In this document: piece by piece, positions 29,472-40,110 of the stretch | Position numbering within the stretch: position 1 is the first letter of the stretch | Layout: every line of letters begins with the position of its first letter | Assembly (NCBI GenBank): GCA_963812605.1 | Contig: CAWEWF010000002.1 | Coordinates: 32,001 to 96,000, forward strand | Length of the DNA stretch: 64,000 nt | Direction of reading: 5' to 3' | Source of the DNA: an uncultured Verrucomicrobiae bacterium | Lineage (GTDB): Bacteria; Verrucomicrobiota; Verrucomicrobiia; Palsa-1439 | The notes under the pieces: generated by a model | Seen by the model: the letters and a program-made list of their open reading frames with translations, nothing else | Told to the model about the DNA's origin: nothing | Database searches by the model: none | Translations under genes and position numbers: made by a program

Positions 29472-30323
29472 ATGACGCCATTGCCAGGTTCAACAACCAC
29501 TGACGCCGACTTCGATCTCATCATCGAACCGTCGCGCGGTTGGGTGTCGCTGCAACTACGCCCGCTCTGGGAATTCCGCGAGTTGTTGTATTTCCTCGTC
29601 TGGCGTGACATCAAAGTCCGCTACAAGCAAACCGTCCTGGGGGCAGCCTGGGCGATTCTTCAGCCGGTTTTTACCATGATTGTGTTTAGCGTGTTCTTTG
29701 GCCGTCTCGCCCGGGTCCCGTCGGATGGCCAGCCCTATCCCATTTTTTCCTTCGCCGCGCTCGTCCCCTGGACCTTCTTCTCAAACGGCCTGGTCGCTGC
29801 CGCCAACAGCCTTGTTGGCAACGCCAATCTTGTCAAAAAGGTCTATTTTCCCCGGCTTATCGTGCCCATCTCGGCTGTGCTCTCGGGCGCGGTCGATTTT
29901 GTGCTGGCGCTGGTCGTCCTCTTCGGGATGATGATTTACTATCACGTCTGGCCGACAATCCACATCGGTCTACTGCCCCTTTTTTCTCTGCTCGCCTTCG
30001 TTGCATCGCTGGGCGTGGGCTTGTGGTTGTCAGCCATGAACGTGCAGTTCCGCGATGTGCGCCACACGGTGAATTTTCTGGTGCAGGCCTGGTTGTTCGC
30101 CACGCCCATCGCCTACCCCAGCAGCCTGTTGCCCGAACCGTGGCGTTCGCTCTATGGCCTCAACCCGATGGCGGGTGTTGTCGAGGGTTTCCGCTGGGCC
30201 TTGCTCGGTACGCCGGCACCGGGCGCGATTATTTGGGTCTCAACGGCGGCGTCCGTGGTCGTCTTGGTCAGCGGCGCGTTCTACTTCCGCCGTATGGAAC
30301 GCATTTTCGCCGACACTGTATAG
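29472..30323 (+). CDS. Polysaccharide ABC exporter permease (Wzm) 1
   Basis: RELLYFLVWRDIKVRYKQTVLG..W.ILQP, KVYFPR, LNPM. Confidence 0.92.
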   Translation: MTPLPGSTTTDADFDLIIEPSRGWVSLQLRPLWEFRELLYFLVWRDIKVRYKQTVLGAAWAILQPVFTMIVFSVFFGRLARVPSDGQPYPIFSFAALVPWTFFSNGLVAAANSLVGNANLVKKVYFPRLIVPISAVLSGAVDFVLALVVLFGMMIYYHVWPTIHIGLLPLFSLLAFVASLGVGLWLSAMNVQFRDVRHTVNFLVQAWLFATPIAYPSSLLPEPWRSLYGLNPMAGVVEGFRWALLGTPAPGAIIWVSTAASVVVLVSGAFYFRRMERIFADTV

Positions 30324-30326
30324 CCG

Positions 30327-31598
30327 ATGAACAAAGTCGCTATTCGCGTCGAAAACCTCGGCAAAGCCTTTCGCATTGGAGCGCGGCAGGAGCGCTATCA
30401 GACCCTGCGCGATTCCCTGACACGCACGGTCACCTCGTCTTTCCATCGAGCAGCAGCGGTATGGCACGGACATGCGAGTGAAACCGACACGCATGAGATT
30501 TGGGCATTGCAAGGCGTCTCGATCGAGGTGCAGCGCGGCGAGGTCATTGGCATCATTGGCCGCAACGGCGCGGGCAAGAGCACGCTCCTGAAGGTTCTCT
30601 CTCGTATCACGGAGCCAACCCAGGGACGTGTGAGCATCAAAGGACGCGTCGGCAGCCTGCTGGAAGTCGGCACGGGTTTTCATCCCGAACTAACCGGGCG
30701 TGAGAACATCTACCTGAACGGCGCCATCCTCGGGATGCGCAAGACGGAGATCGGGAAGAAGTTCGACGAGATTGTGGATTTCGCGGAACTGGAAAGGTTT
30801 CTCGATACTCCCGTGAAGCATTACTCCAGTGGGATGTATACGCGCCTGGCATTCGCGGTCGCCGCACACCTGGAGACGGAGATCCTCCTGGTGGATGAGG
30901 TCCTTGCCGTCGGTGATGCTTCGTTTCAGCGAAAATGCCTGGGCAAAATGAGTGCGGTCGCCAAGCAAGGGCGGACGGTGGTATTCGTGAGCCATAATAC
31001 GGCGGCGATCCTTTCACTGTGTGGACGGGCAACCTGGCTGGATGCGGGAAAGGTCCGTGACGATGGTGAAACCAGCGCCGTTGTGCAGCAATACTTGAAA
31101 TCAATGAGCGCCACGGAAGGCGTGCCTCTCCAACAACGCACTGACCGCAAAGGCGATGGCAGTGCGCGGCTTGTCTCCCTGCGCATCGAGAGCGCCGATC
31201 CTGATCAGGTGATCCGGCCGGGCAGCCGCTGGAAGGTCAGCTTGCGATACCGGAGTGAGCAGCCGTTGCAGCGGGCGGACTTCTGTCTTTCTGTCTATGA
31301 TTACATTCTCGGCTGCCGAATCTTCGAACTCGACAGCGAAGTAACAGGCGGAATGACGGAGCCGTTGCCCGCGGAGGGCACCGTGACCTGCCTTACCGAC
31401 CCGGTAAACCTGAGCCCGGGACGTTGTTACGTAAATGCCACCCTGATGAAGAACGGAGTCGTGGCGGATTACATCCAGCACGCACTGAGTTTCGACGTCG
31501 AGATGGCGGATATCCATGGAACCGGAAAGATCCCAGCGCGCAACCACGTGATCAACGTAATCAAGCACCGTTGGTTCGCCGGAAACGGCACGCACTGA
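30327..31598 (+). CDS. Polysaccharide ABC exporter ATPase (Wzt) 1 with C-terminal domain
   Basis: GRNGAGKST, YSSGM, LLVDEVLAVGD, VSH; ~170 aa Wzt-C extension. Confidence 0.93.
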   Translation: MNKVAIRVENLGKAFRIGARQERYQTLRDSLTRTVTSSFHRAAAVWHGHASETDTHEIWALQGVSIEVQRGEVIGIIGRNGAGKSTLLKVLSRITEPTQGRVSIKGRVGSLLEVGTGFHPELTGRENIYLNGAILGMRKTEIGKKFDEIVDFAELERFLDTPVKHYSSGMYTRLAFAVAAHLETEILLVDEVLAVGDASFQRKCLGKMSAVAKQGRTVVFVSHNTAAILSLCGRATWLDAGKVRDDGETSAVVQQYLKSMSATEGVPLQQRTDRKGDGSARLVSLRIESADPDQVIRPGSRWKVSLRYRSEQPLQRADFCLSVYDYILGCRIFELDSEVTGGMTEPLPAEGTVTCLTDPVNLSPGRCYVNATLMKNGVVADYIQHALSFDVEMADIHGTGKIPARNHVINVIKHRWFAGNGTH

Positions 31599-31616
31599 CA
31601 CGGCGGCGAGGAGCGC

Positions 31617-32726
31617 ATGCGCGTTGGATTTTATGTCTATAACAGGTTTCACGATGCCATCTTGCGGCCGATCCATGAAACACTGCGTCCCCGGCACTGG
31701 TGTTTGTACACCGCCAACCGAGAAGCGCTTTTCGATTTTCAGCCCCATGTTGTGATCATGTCCGAGGCGATCTTTGGGGAGTTGCGACCGCGTCTGCCGA
31801 ACACGATCTTCGTCCACACGCGGCATGGACTGGTCAGCAAGATGGCGGCCTATCAGGGGGCCAATGAATGCGATTATCTGTGTGTGACAAGTGCTTTCAT
31901 GCGGGATTGGTATCAACAGGGCGGCACCAGACCGCGGCGGGACTTCTGGATTACCGGCTATGTGGGTTTGGACCCGCTCTTTCGTGGCGATTGCCGGGCG
32001 TTGCCTTTCCAACGGAAACCCGGACAGAAGACCGTCCTCTACGCGCCCACGTTCAACCGTCCCTTCTCTTCGGCGGCCATGCTCGGCGATCGCCTGATCG
32101 AATTGGTCCGCGGTTCCCGACAGGACATCTCTATTATTATCAAGCCGCACCCATTGATCGCCGAACAGAGCCCGGAATGGATGGGAACCTGGCGTCGGCT
32201 CGCCCAGGAGCACGAAAATGTTTACCTGACGGCGGACGCAAACGAGGATGTCATGCCCTACCTCCAGGCGGCGGACGTATTGATCACAGACGCTTCCAGT
32301 GTCCAACTATATTACCTGGCGCTGGATCGGCCCATGATCCTGATCAACAATCCCGATCGGTTCGGTTGTGAGTATTTCGACCCGCGCGGTTTTGAATGGA
32401 CCTGGCGGGACATGGGAAAGCAGATCGAAAACGTGGAAGAGTTGCCCGCGGCTGTGAGCGCCGCCCTCTCCGATCCCGGGTTGAACTCCGACTGGCGCGC
32501 GCATTATCGAAAACTCCTTTTCGATGATCTGACCGATGGCAAAGCGGTGGAACGACTCTGCCGGAATGTGGAAGAATTGGCTGCGACCGCACCGGCGGAT
32601 CACCTGTCCTATCTGGCCAGCGTACCCGCGGCGCGACTCGCGGCAAGAAAAGTCAAGTGGGCGGCGCGCCGCGCTGCACAAGGAATCACCCGGCTATGGC
32701 CCCTGCAACTCCCGCTTTCACGATGA
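31617..32726 (+). CDS. CDP-glycerol:glycerophosphotransferase family protein (TagB/TagF-like)
   Basis: HG motif, TGY, VLYAPTF, IKPHP, ADVLITDASS...LDRPMI. Confidence 0.8.
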   Translation: MRVGFYVYNRFHDAILRPIHETLRPRHWCLYTANREALFDFQPHVVIMSEAIFGELRPRLPNTIFVHTRHGLVSKMAAYQGANECDYLCVTSAFMRDWYQQGGTRPRRDFWITGYVGLDPLFRGDCRALPFQRKPGQKTVLYAPTFNRPFSSAAMLGDRLIELVRGSRQDISIIIKPHPLIAEQSPEWMGTWRRLAQEHENVYLTADANEDVMPYLQAADVLITDASSVQLYYLALDRPMILINNPDRFGCEYFDPRGFEWTWRDMGKQIENVEELPAAVSAALSDPGLNSDWRAHYRKLLFDDLTDGKAVERLCRNVEELAATAPADHLSYLASVPAARLAARKVKWAARRAAQGITRLWPLQLPLSR

Positions 32727-33412
32727 AACGCGAACGCGTCAGTGTCTTGATTCTCGCGGCAGGATCGGGAGACCGTCTCGGTAGCCGCCCCAAGGCATTT
32801 TTGAAGCTTGATGGCCAGACTTTGCTCGAACGCGCCGTGGCCATCGTGTCACCCTTTGCCGCCGAAATCATCGTCGGGGTGCGATCCGAGGATCTGCCAC
32901 GAGCGCGGCGGCTTATGCCGAAAACCGTTCACGTGGTCGCTGGCGGTGCGACCCGCCAGGAAACCTTGTCCAAGCTCCTGCGGTGCTGCACGAAGCCGTT
33001 TGTCCTCTTGCACGAAGTCGCCAGGCCGTTTGTCACCGCGGATCTGTTCGGGAGATTGCTGGCGGAGGTCCAGCGTCATGGCGCCGTGATCCTATATGCG
33101 GAAGTCTCCGAACGTGACAGCCTCGGTCTATTGGAAAAGCAGGGGCTGAAAACGATTCTGCCCCGTCGTTCGGTTGTCGCATTGCAGACTCCCCACGCCT
33201 ATCGAAGGAAAATCCTCCTTCACTCCGACCGCTTGGCGGCGCAACAGGGATGGAATGAGGAAGGCACTGCCGCGATTGTCAAACGCGCCGGACACAAGGT
33301 TCGCCTCGTTCCGGGTTCTCCCGACAACCTTAAGATTACATACGTAGGCGACCTGAAATTCCGTCCCCGTAATCGAGGCCGATCTCCGACCATTCCCAAG
33401 AACAGGTCATGA
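32723..33412 (+). CDS. IspD/TarI-like cytidylyltransferase
   Basis: LAAGSGDRLG..PKAF, GGATRQE, VLLHEVARP, LQTP, NLKIT. Confidence 0.85.
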   Translation: MKRERVSVLILAAGSGDRLGSRPKAFLKLDGQTLLERAVAIVSPFAAEIIVGVRSEDLPRARRLMPKTVHVVAGGATRQETLSKLLRCCTKPFVLLHEVARPFVTADLFGRLLAEVQRHGAVILYAEVSERDSLGLLEKQGLKTILPRRSVVALQTPHAYRRKILLHSDRLAAQQGWNEEGTAAIVKRAGHKVRLVPGSPDNLKITYVGDLKFRPRNRGRSPTIPKNRS

Positions 33413-34374
33413 TCACGGAAAAGCACGACCGCTCTGTGACGGAAGCGCTGGTTTCGGCAACCATCGCCTTCTTGAATGCGGAGAAATTTCTCGCGGAAAC
33501 CATTGAAAGTGTCCTGGCCCAGACGTACCCGAACTGGGAACTGTGGTTGGTGGATGATGGCTCGACCGATGGCAGCTCACAGATCGCCCGCGACTACGCC
33601 GCGAGACACGCAGATCGCATTCACTACCTGGAGCACCCCGGTCACGAAAATCGCGGCAAGAGCGCCTCCCGCAACCTCGGCTTGCGCCACGCGCGCGGAC
33701 GTTACGTGACGTGGCTGGACGCGGATGATGTCTGGTTACCCGGTCGGTTGGCCAATCACGTGCCGCTCCTGGAAGCGCATCCCGAAGCGGCCATGTTGTA
33801 TGGTCCGACGCTCGTCTGGTTTAGCTGGTCGGGAAAACCGGAAGACAAGTCGAAGGATTACCTGACCCAAACCGGTGTGCCACCAAACACGTTGGTCAAT
33901 CCTCCCGTCCTGGCCAATACTTTCATCCGCAGCGAAGCCTTCCTCCCAAGTCCCTGCAGCATGCTTTTCCGTCGCGACGCGGTCGAGACCGTGGGCGGGT
34001 TCGAGGATGTATTCCGCATTCATTATGACGACATGGCGCTGAACCAGAAAATCCTGCTCCGCTACCCCGTGCTTGTGGTGGACGGGTGTTGGGATCGATA
34101 TCGCCAACATTCCGAAAACAGTTGTTCAGTGGGCCTCCGCACGGGCGTGCTGAATTACGACGGGCCGAGTCCGGCGCGTGGCGAGTATCTGTCCTGGCTT
34201 GAAAGTTACCTGAAAAATACGGGGTTGGCTGGCACGGAAGTGTGGACGACCCTCCAGGAACAACTGTGGCCCTATCGGCATCCGCATTTGTTTCAACTTT
34301 CGAATAAGGCGCGCCGCGTGAAAACAGCCCTCCGGAACGTCGTCCGTTTGGAGAAATACCTGGCCCGGGCCTAG
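33409..34374 (+). CDS. GT2 glycosyltransferase
   Basis: VDDGSTD, ASRNLG, LDADD. Confidence 0.9.
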   Translation: MITEKHDRSVTEALVSATIAFLNAEKFLAETIESVLAQTYPNWELWLVDDGSTDGSSQIARDYAARHADRIHYLEHPGHENRGKSASRNLGLRHARGRYVTWLDADDVWLPGRLANHVPLLEAHPEAAMLYGPTLVWFSWSGKPEDKSKDYLTQTGVPPNTLVNPPVLANTFIRSEAFLPSPCSMLFRRDAVETVGGFEDVFRIHYDDMALNQKILLRYPVLVVDGCWDRYRQHSENSCSVGLRTGVLNYDGPSPARGEYLSWLESYLKNTGLAGTEVWTTLQEQLWPYRHPHLFQLSNKARRVKTALRNVVRLEKYLARA

Positions 34375-34376
34375 AA

Positions 34377-35414
34377 ATGCTTCTCGCTCGCAAAGTAAAT
34401 GGACTGATTTGGCAGGTCAAGGACCTGGTAGGGCCGAAAGCCCTCATCCTCTTGTACCATCGCATCGCGGATCCCGAGGACGACCCGCACCTCTTATGCG
34501 TTAGTCCCCAGCACTTCGCCGAGCAACTTGCGGTCCTTACGCAACATTACACGCCCCTGTCCCTGCAACAATGTGTGACGGCGGTTGGCCAGGGCCGCCT
34601 TCCCCACCGGGCTGCCGTGATTACTTTCGACGACGGGTATGCCGACAATCTCCACGACGCGAAACCGCTGCTCGAACAGCATGGGTTCCCGGCCACTCTG
34701 TTTATCACCACTGGTCAAATCAACAATCCGCGCGAGTTCTGGTGGGATGAACTGGAAAAGGTATTTCTCTGCCCGAGCGCGCTGCCACAACAACTGGACA
34801 TGGAAATCAACGGCCATGCCCATCATTGGGACGTCGACAGCGCGACACAACATGCCGAAGAGCAGTTCCGCGCCCACGGGGGACGGTGGGCGAGCGATGG
34901 CACGCCGCTCTGCCCCCGCCTTAAGTTGTTACACACGATCCATAGGCTCTTGCGCGGCTTGCCATCGAGGTCGCGAACGGAACAAATGGACGCGCTTCTG
35001 AACTGGTCCGGAGCCTCGCACGTAGCACGTCCGGCACACCGGGCGCTATCGACCGAAGAACTCGCGGCCCTGGCCAGAAGTAATCTCATCGATTTTGGAG
35101 GGCATACCGTGACGCATCCAGACCTGCCAGAACAAGAACTGGCCGTTCAACGTGAGGAGATTCAAAACGGCAAAACCACCCTCGAGCAGATGATCGGTCG
35201 CACTGTCCACAGTTTTTCCTATCCCTACGGGTTTTACTCGGCCCCCACCGTCGAGTTGGTACGCCAAGCTGGGTACAACAGCGCCTGCACGTGCAGCGAA
35301 CGGCCTACCCGCTGTGAATCGGACACTTTCCAGTTGCCCCGGCTCATGGTGCGGGACTGGGATGGCGACGAATTTGCCAGGCGCTTGTACGCCTGCGTTT
35401 CCAAGGGGCAATGA
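34377..35414 (+). CDS. Polysaccharide deacetylase (CE4)
   Basis: ILLYHRI, ITFDDGY, HTVTHP, FSYPYG. Confidence 0.9.
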   Translation: MLLARKVNGLIWQVKDLVGPKALILLYHRIADPEDDPHLLCVSPQHFAEQLAVLTQHYTPLSLQQCVTAVGQGRLPHRAAVITFDDGYADNLHDAKPLLEQHGFPATLFITTGQINNPREFWWDELEKVFLCPSALPQQLDMEINGHAHHWDVDSATQHAEEQFRAHGGRWASDGTPLCPRLKLLHTIHRLLRGLPSRSRTEQMDALLNWSGASHVARPAHRALSTEELAALARSNLIDFGGHTVTHPDLPEQELAVQREEIQNGKTTLEQMIGRTVHSFSYPYGFYSAPTVELVRQAGYNSACTCSERPTRCESDTFQLPRLMVRDWDGDEFARRLYACVSKGQ

Positions 35415-36781
35415 AGATCCTTCAAGTCAGCACAGCCGATGTCGCCGGTGGCGCGGAGCGCGTCGCTTTCGGGCTCTTTGACCAATACCGCGAACTTGGG
35501 CACGAGTCGTGGCTGGTTGTGGGCACGAAACGTACGCAGGAAGCGAATGTTGTGGAGCTGAATCACGCCGAACCCAGGCATTTCTGGTATCGTCTCTGGG
35601 CGCATATCGCTGCGAAATTGGATCCCTATGCCGGGCACATGAAGGGAGCCGGTCGCAGCAAACAATGGTCGGAATCTCTTTCGCGGCCCAGCCACTGGCT
35701 CAGTTGGCAACTCGGCCATGAGTATTTTGATTTCCCAGGCACGCGCGACCTCCTGGCGTTAGCACCCGGCAGTCCCGATATTGTGCATTGCCACAACCTC
35801 CACGGTCCCCGTACCGAAGACTACTTTGATCTTCGAATGCTGCCCTGGTTGAGTCAGCGCGTGCCGTTGGTCATGACCCTGCACGACGCCTGGCTCTTGA
35901 GCGGGCACTGCGCGCATTCCTTCGATTGCGACCGCTGGCAAACCGGCTGCGGCAAATGCCCCGATCTGACGATCTATCCCGCCCTCAAGCGTGACGGGAC
36001 CGCCTACAACTGGCGCCGCAAGAAGCAGATTTACGAGAATTCACGCATCTATGTTGCCACACCATCACGCTGGTTGATGAAGAAAGTCGAGCAGTCAATC
36101 CTTATCCCGGCGGTTATCGAAAAGCGGGTGATCCCCAACGGTGTGGATCTGCACACGTTCAAGTCCGCCGATCAGCGAACGATCCGCCAGGAATTGGGGT
36201 TGCCGATCCACACGCCCATCCTCATGTTCGCAGCCTACGGTATCCGCCACAACCGGTGGAAGGACTTCCAGACCCTGCATCAAGCGGTGATCATGGTGGC
36301 CGAGCGGATGGCCGGTCAACCACTGCTGTTCCTGGCGATCGGCCAGGAATCGCCCTCAGAGAGAATCGGAAATGCCGAGATCCGTTTTCTTCCCTTCGAA
36401 CCGGACCCCGCGAAGATGGCCAAATACTATCAGGCAGCCGATCTCTACATTCACGCGGCCCGTGCGGATACCTTTCCCACGACGGTCCTGGAAGCCCTGG
36501 CCTGCGGACGGCCCGTCATTGCCTCTGCTGTCGGCGGTATTCCCGAGCAGGTAGAAGAAGGTCGGACCGGTTTTCTGGTCGAGGTTGGCGACCAACAAGC
36601 CATGGCGGGGCGTGTGGAGCAATTGCTGCGTGACACCAGTCGCCGGATCCACATGGGGCAATGCGCTGCTGAAACAGCCCGAAGGCAGTTTGATTTGGAG
36701 CGTCAATCGAATGACTATCTCGAATGGTACGAGTCAATCCTCCACCCCGCTGATCGTTTGCAGACGTTGTCGTTGGCGTAA
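35411..36781 (+). CDS. GT4 glycosyltransferase (WcaC-like)
   Basis: GGAE, HCHNLHG, TLHDAW..SGHC, CGKCP, LEALACG.PV...VGGIPE. Confidence 0.88.
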   Translation: MKILQVSTADVAGGAERVAFGLFDQYRELGHESWLVVGTKRTQEANVVELNHAEPRHFWYRLWAHIAAKLDPYAGHMKGAGRSKQWSESLSRPSHWLSWQLGHEYFDFPGTRDLLALAPGSPDIVHCHNLHGPRTEDYFDLRMLPWLSQRVPLVMTLHDAWLLSGHCAHSFDCDRWQTGCGKCPDLTIYPALKRDGTAYNWRRKKQIYENSRIYVATPSRWLMKKVEQSILIPAVIEKRVIPNGVDLHTFKSADQRTIRQELGLPIHTPILMFAAYGIRHNRWKDFQTLHQAVIMVAERMAGQPLLFLAIGQESPSERIGNAEIRFLPFEPDPAKMAKYYQAADLYIHAARADTFPTTVLEALACGRPVIASAVGGIPEQVEEGRTGFLVEVGDQQAMAGRVEQLLRDTSRRIHMGQCAAETARRQFDLERQSNDYLEWYESILHPADRLQTLSLA

Positions 36782-36979
36782 CTCGATAAAGATCCACCAC
36801 TGGAAAAGTTCCTCGACACCCCTTTGGAATAGTACACCAGGGACTTGATTTGCCGTTTAGATTGATCTAAATAAGCCGCTCTACTTTCTGGGATGATCAA
36901 TGGTCAGAATCGTAAGTGTTATCGGGAAGTACGCGATGATTCTCGAAACGGTACTGGCGAGAAAAACTGAGGTAACCGT

Positions 36980-37753
36980 ATGAAGGCAATAATTCTCGCC
37001 GGTGGATTTGGCTCCCGTCTCTCCGAGGAAACGACGTTGCGACCCAAGCCGATGGTTGAGATTGGCGGACATCCGATTCTCTGGCACATCATGAAGATCT
37101 TCGCCGCCCATCATATCACCGAGTTCATCATTGCCCTCGGGTACCGCGGCGAGGTCATCAAGGATTATTTTCTAAATTTCCAGACGATCAATAACAACGT
37201 CACTATCGATCTCGCCAACGGCAAGGTGAAGATCCACAGGGGGGACCAGCCGAAATGGAAGATTCATCTCGTCGACACCGGCCTCAACGCCAACACCGGC
37301 GGACGCCTCAAGCGGCTGGCCCATTGGATCGACGACGATGAAACCTTCATGTTTACCTACGGCGACGGTGTCGCCGACCTGGATATTACGTCGCTCATCA
37401 AATTCCACCAGGCGCACGGCAAACTGGCGACGGTCACCACCGTTCATTCCCCCGCCCGCTTCGGTCGTATCAGTTTCAATGGAGACAGCGTTCGCGAGTT
37501 TTATGAGAAAGCCGAGGCCCGCGAGGGCTGGATCAATGGTGGCTATTTCGTCTTGCACCGCAAATGCCTTGATTACATCGCTGGCGATGACACCGCCTGG
37601 GAACGCGGTCCGGTCGAGCAGCTTGCGCGCGCCGGCCAGCTCATGGGTTACCGGCACACGGGCTTTTGGTCGTGCATGGACACCCTGAAGGAAAAAAATA
37701 TCCTCGAGGAGATGTGGAACTCAAGCCAGGTCCCCTGGAAGATCTGGGAATAA
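36980..37753 (+). CDS. rfbF: Glucose-1-phosphate cytidylyltransferase
   Basis: ILAGGFGSRLSEET..PKPMVEIG, TGGRLKR, TYGDGV, WINGG, GFWSCMDT. Confidence 0.92.
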   Translation: MKAIILAGGFGSRLSEETTLRPKPMVEIGGHPILWHIMKIFAAHHITEFIIALGYRGEVIKDYFLNFQTINNNVTIDLANGKVKIHRGDQPKWKIHLVDTGLNANTGGRLKRLAHWIDDDETFMFTYGDGVADLDITSLIKFHQAHGKLATVTTVHSPARFGRISFNGDSVREFYEKAEAREGWINGGYFVLHRKCLDYIAGDDTAWERGPVEQLARAGQLMGYRHTGFWSCMDTLKEKNILEEMWNSSQVPWKIWE

Positions 37754-37784
37754 TGTGGGACAGGACCCCCGACCACCGAGAAAT

Positions 37785-38810
37785 ATGAAACTACTGGTTA
37801 CCGGAACTGACGGATATATCGGAATCTTGCTCGCCGATGTGCTCGCGAAACGCGGTCACCACGTGACCGGACTCGATGCCGGCTTCTACCGCGACGGGTT
37901 GCTCTACAACGGCGTGCCAGCCCCGGCGCGGCAAATCAAGCAGGACATTCGCGACATCACGCATGACGACTTGCGTGGTTACGATGCGGCAATCCACCTC
38001 GCGGAACTGTCCAATGACCCGCTCGGCCAGCACAATCGCGAACTCACCTTCCACATCAACCACCGCGGCAGCGTCGCGCTGGCTACGAAGTGCCGGGAAG
38101 CGGGCATCACGCGTTTCGTGTACACGTCTTCGTGCAGCGTCTACGGCGTCGCCGCCAATGAGAATGTCACGGAAACCTCGCCGACGAATCCGCAAACCGC
38201 TTATGCGGAATGCAAGGTGCTCGTCGAACGTGACGTCTCGGCGCTGGCCGACCGCAGCTTCTCACCGACGTTCCTGCGCAACGCGACGGCCTTCGGCGCG
38301 TCGCCGCGGATGCGGTTCGACATCGTGCTGAACAACCTGGCGGGCCTCGCCTGGACGACGAAGGAAATCAAGATGATCAGCGACGGCACGCCCTGGCGTC
38401 CGCTGGTGCATGTGCTGGACATTTGCGACGCCGTGGCTTGCGTCCTCGATGCGCCCCGCGAGACCGTGCACAACCAGGTGTTCAATGTCGGCGACAACGG
38501 GCAGAACTATCGGGTGCGAGAGATCGCCGAGATCATCGCCGACGTGTTCCCCGGCTCCGGCTCAGCTTCGGCGCGAACGCCGCGGACAACCGCAGTTACC
38601 GGGTGAATTTCGACAAAATCAACTCGCAGCTTCCCGGTTTCCGCTGCCAGCGCGACGCGCGCGCGGGCGCGCAGGAACTCCGCGGTGTATTCGAGAAGAT
38701 CCAAATGACTCCCGAGATCTTTGAGTTTCGGGCGTTCACGCGACTGAAGCAACTCGAGCATTTGCTGCGCACGGCGCAAATCGACGACAGCCTTCATTGG
38801 AGACGCGATA
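37785..38810 (+). CDS. NAD-dependent sugar epimerase/dehydratase (frameshift near 38555; 3' end approximate)
   Basis: VTGTDGYIG, SSCSVYG, YAECK; continues as DNRSYRVNFDKI...FTRLKQL in the 38423 frame. Confidence 0.85.
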
Positions 38811-40110
38811 TGAACAAGCCCGGCCATGTCGATTCTGCGGCGCGAACCTGGAGCACACGTTCGTCGATCTGGGTGCTTCGCCGATTGCCAATGATTACCG
38901 GAATGTGCCGCAACTCAGCGAAATGGAGCCGTTCTACCCGCTTCACGTGAAGGTCTGCGATCGCTGCCTGCTCGTGCAAGTTGCCGACTGTATCAGCGCC
39001 CGTCATATCTTCAGTGATAGCTACGCGTATTTCTCCTCGTTCTCTGATAGTTGGCTGGCGCACGCGCAGGCGTATGTCGAGATGATCACCGGGCGGCTCC
39101 AGCTTGGTCCGCAGCATCAGGTCATTGAAGTCGCCTGCAATGACGGCTACCTGTTGCAGTACTTCGTCGCGAAAGGAATTCCCGTGCTGGGAATCGAGCC
39201 CACGGCCAACACTGCCGCCGCGGCGGCGAAAAAAGGCATTCCGACCGTCGTGAAGTTTCTCGGTGAAGAAACCGCGCGGGACCTGGCGCGAGGCGGCCGG
39301 CAGGCCGATCTGCTTATCGGCAACAACGTGCTCGCGCACGTGCCCGATATCAATGACTTCGTCGAAGGCCTGCGCCTGTTGCTCAAGCCGACCGGCGTGC
39401 TGACGATGGAGTTCCCACACCTGCTGCGGTTGATGGCGGACAATCAATTCGACACGATCTACCACGAGCACTATCAATATCTGTCGCTGCTGGTGGTCGA
39501 GAAGATTTTTGACGCGCACGGCCTCACGGTGTTCGATGTTGAAGAGCTTCCCACGCATGGCGGCTCACTGCGAATCTACGCCCGGCCCGCCAGCGATGAA
39601 TCACGGCCCGGCACGCCGCGCCTCGCGGACTTGCGCCAGCGCGAGTTGCACGCCGGCTACGACCGCCTGAACACCTATCTTTCCTTTACGGAGCGCGTCA
39701 AGGAAACCAAGCGCAAGTTACTGGAGTTCCTGATTGACGCGAAGCGCAGGGGGAAAACGATCGTCGGCTACGGCGCCCCGGCCAAGGGCAATACATTGCT
39801 GAATTACTGCGGTGTGCGCACGGACTTTATCGATTATACGGTGGACCGCAGTCCGCATAAGCAGAAGTTGTTTCTTCCGGGCACGCACATCCCGGTTCAT
39901 CATCCGGACAAGATTCGGGAGACGAAACCCGATTACGTCCTGATCTTGCCCTGGAATATTAAAGACGAAATCATGCAGCAAATGTCATTTATCCACGAGT
40001 GGGGTGGAGAATTCGTGGTGCCAATACCCGAGGTGAGGATCTATCCGGCCCGCGGTACACCAGCAAGCCGTGACAAACAGGTGAAGGATGTGAAAGGAAT
40101 GAAACGATGA
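38797..40110 (+). CDS. NDP-hexose C-methyltransferase (Zn-binding N-terminus)
   Basis: CRFCG..DLG..P.AN, YPL..CDRC.LVQ, EVACNDGYLL, FDTIYHEH, THGGSLR, GYGAPAKGNTLLN. Confidence 0.9.
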   Translation: METRYEQARPCRFCGANLEHTFVDLGASPIANDYRNVPQLSEMEPFYPLHVKVCDRCLLVQVADCISARHIFSDSYAYFSSFSDSWLAHAQAYVEMITGRLQLGPQHQVIEVACNDGYLLQYFVAKGIPVLGIEPTANTAAAAAKKGIPTVVKFLGEETARDLARGGRQADLLIGNNVLAHVPDINDFVEGLRLLLKPTGVLTMEFPHLLRLMADNQFDTIYHEHYQYLSLLVVEKIFDAHGLTVFDVEELPTHGGSLRIYARPASDESRPGTPRLADLRQRELHAGYDRLNTYLSFTERVKETKRKLLEFLIDAKRRGKTIVGYGAPAKGNTLLNYCGVRTDFIDYTVDRSPHKQKLFLPGTHIPVHHPDKIRETKPDYVLILPWNIKDEIMQQMSFIHEWGGEFVVPIPEVRIYPARGTPASRDKQVKDVKGMKR

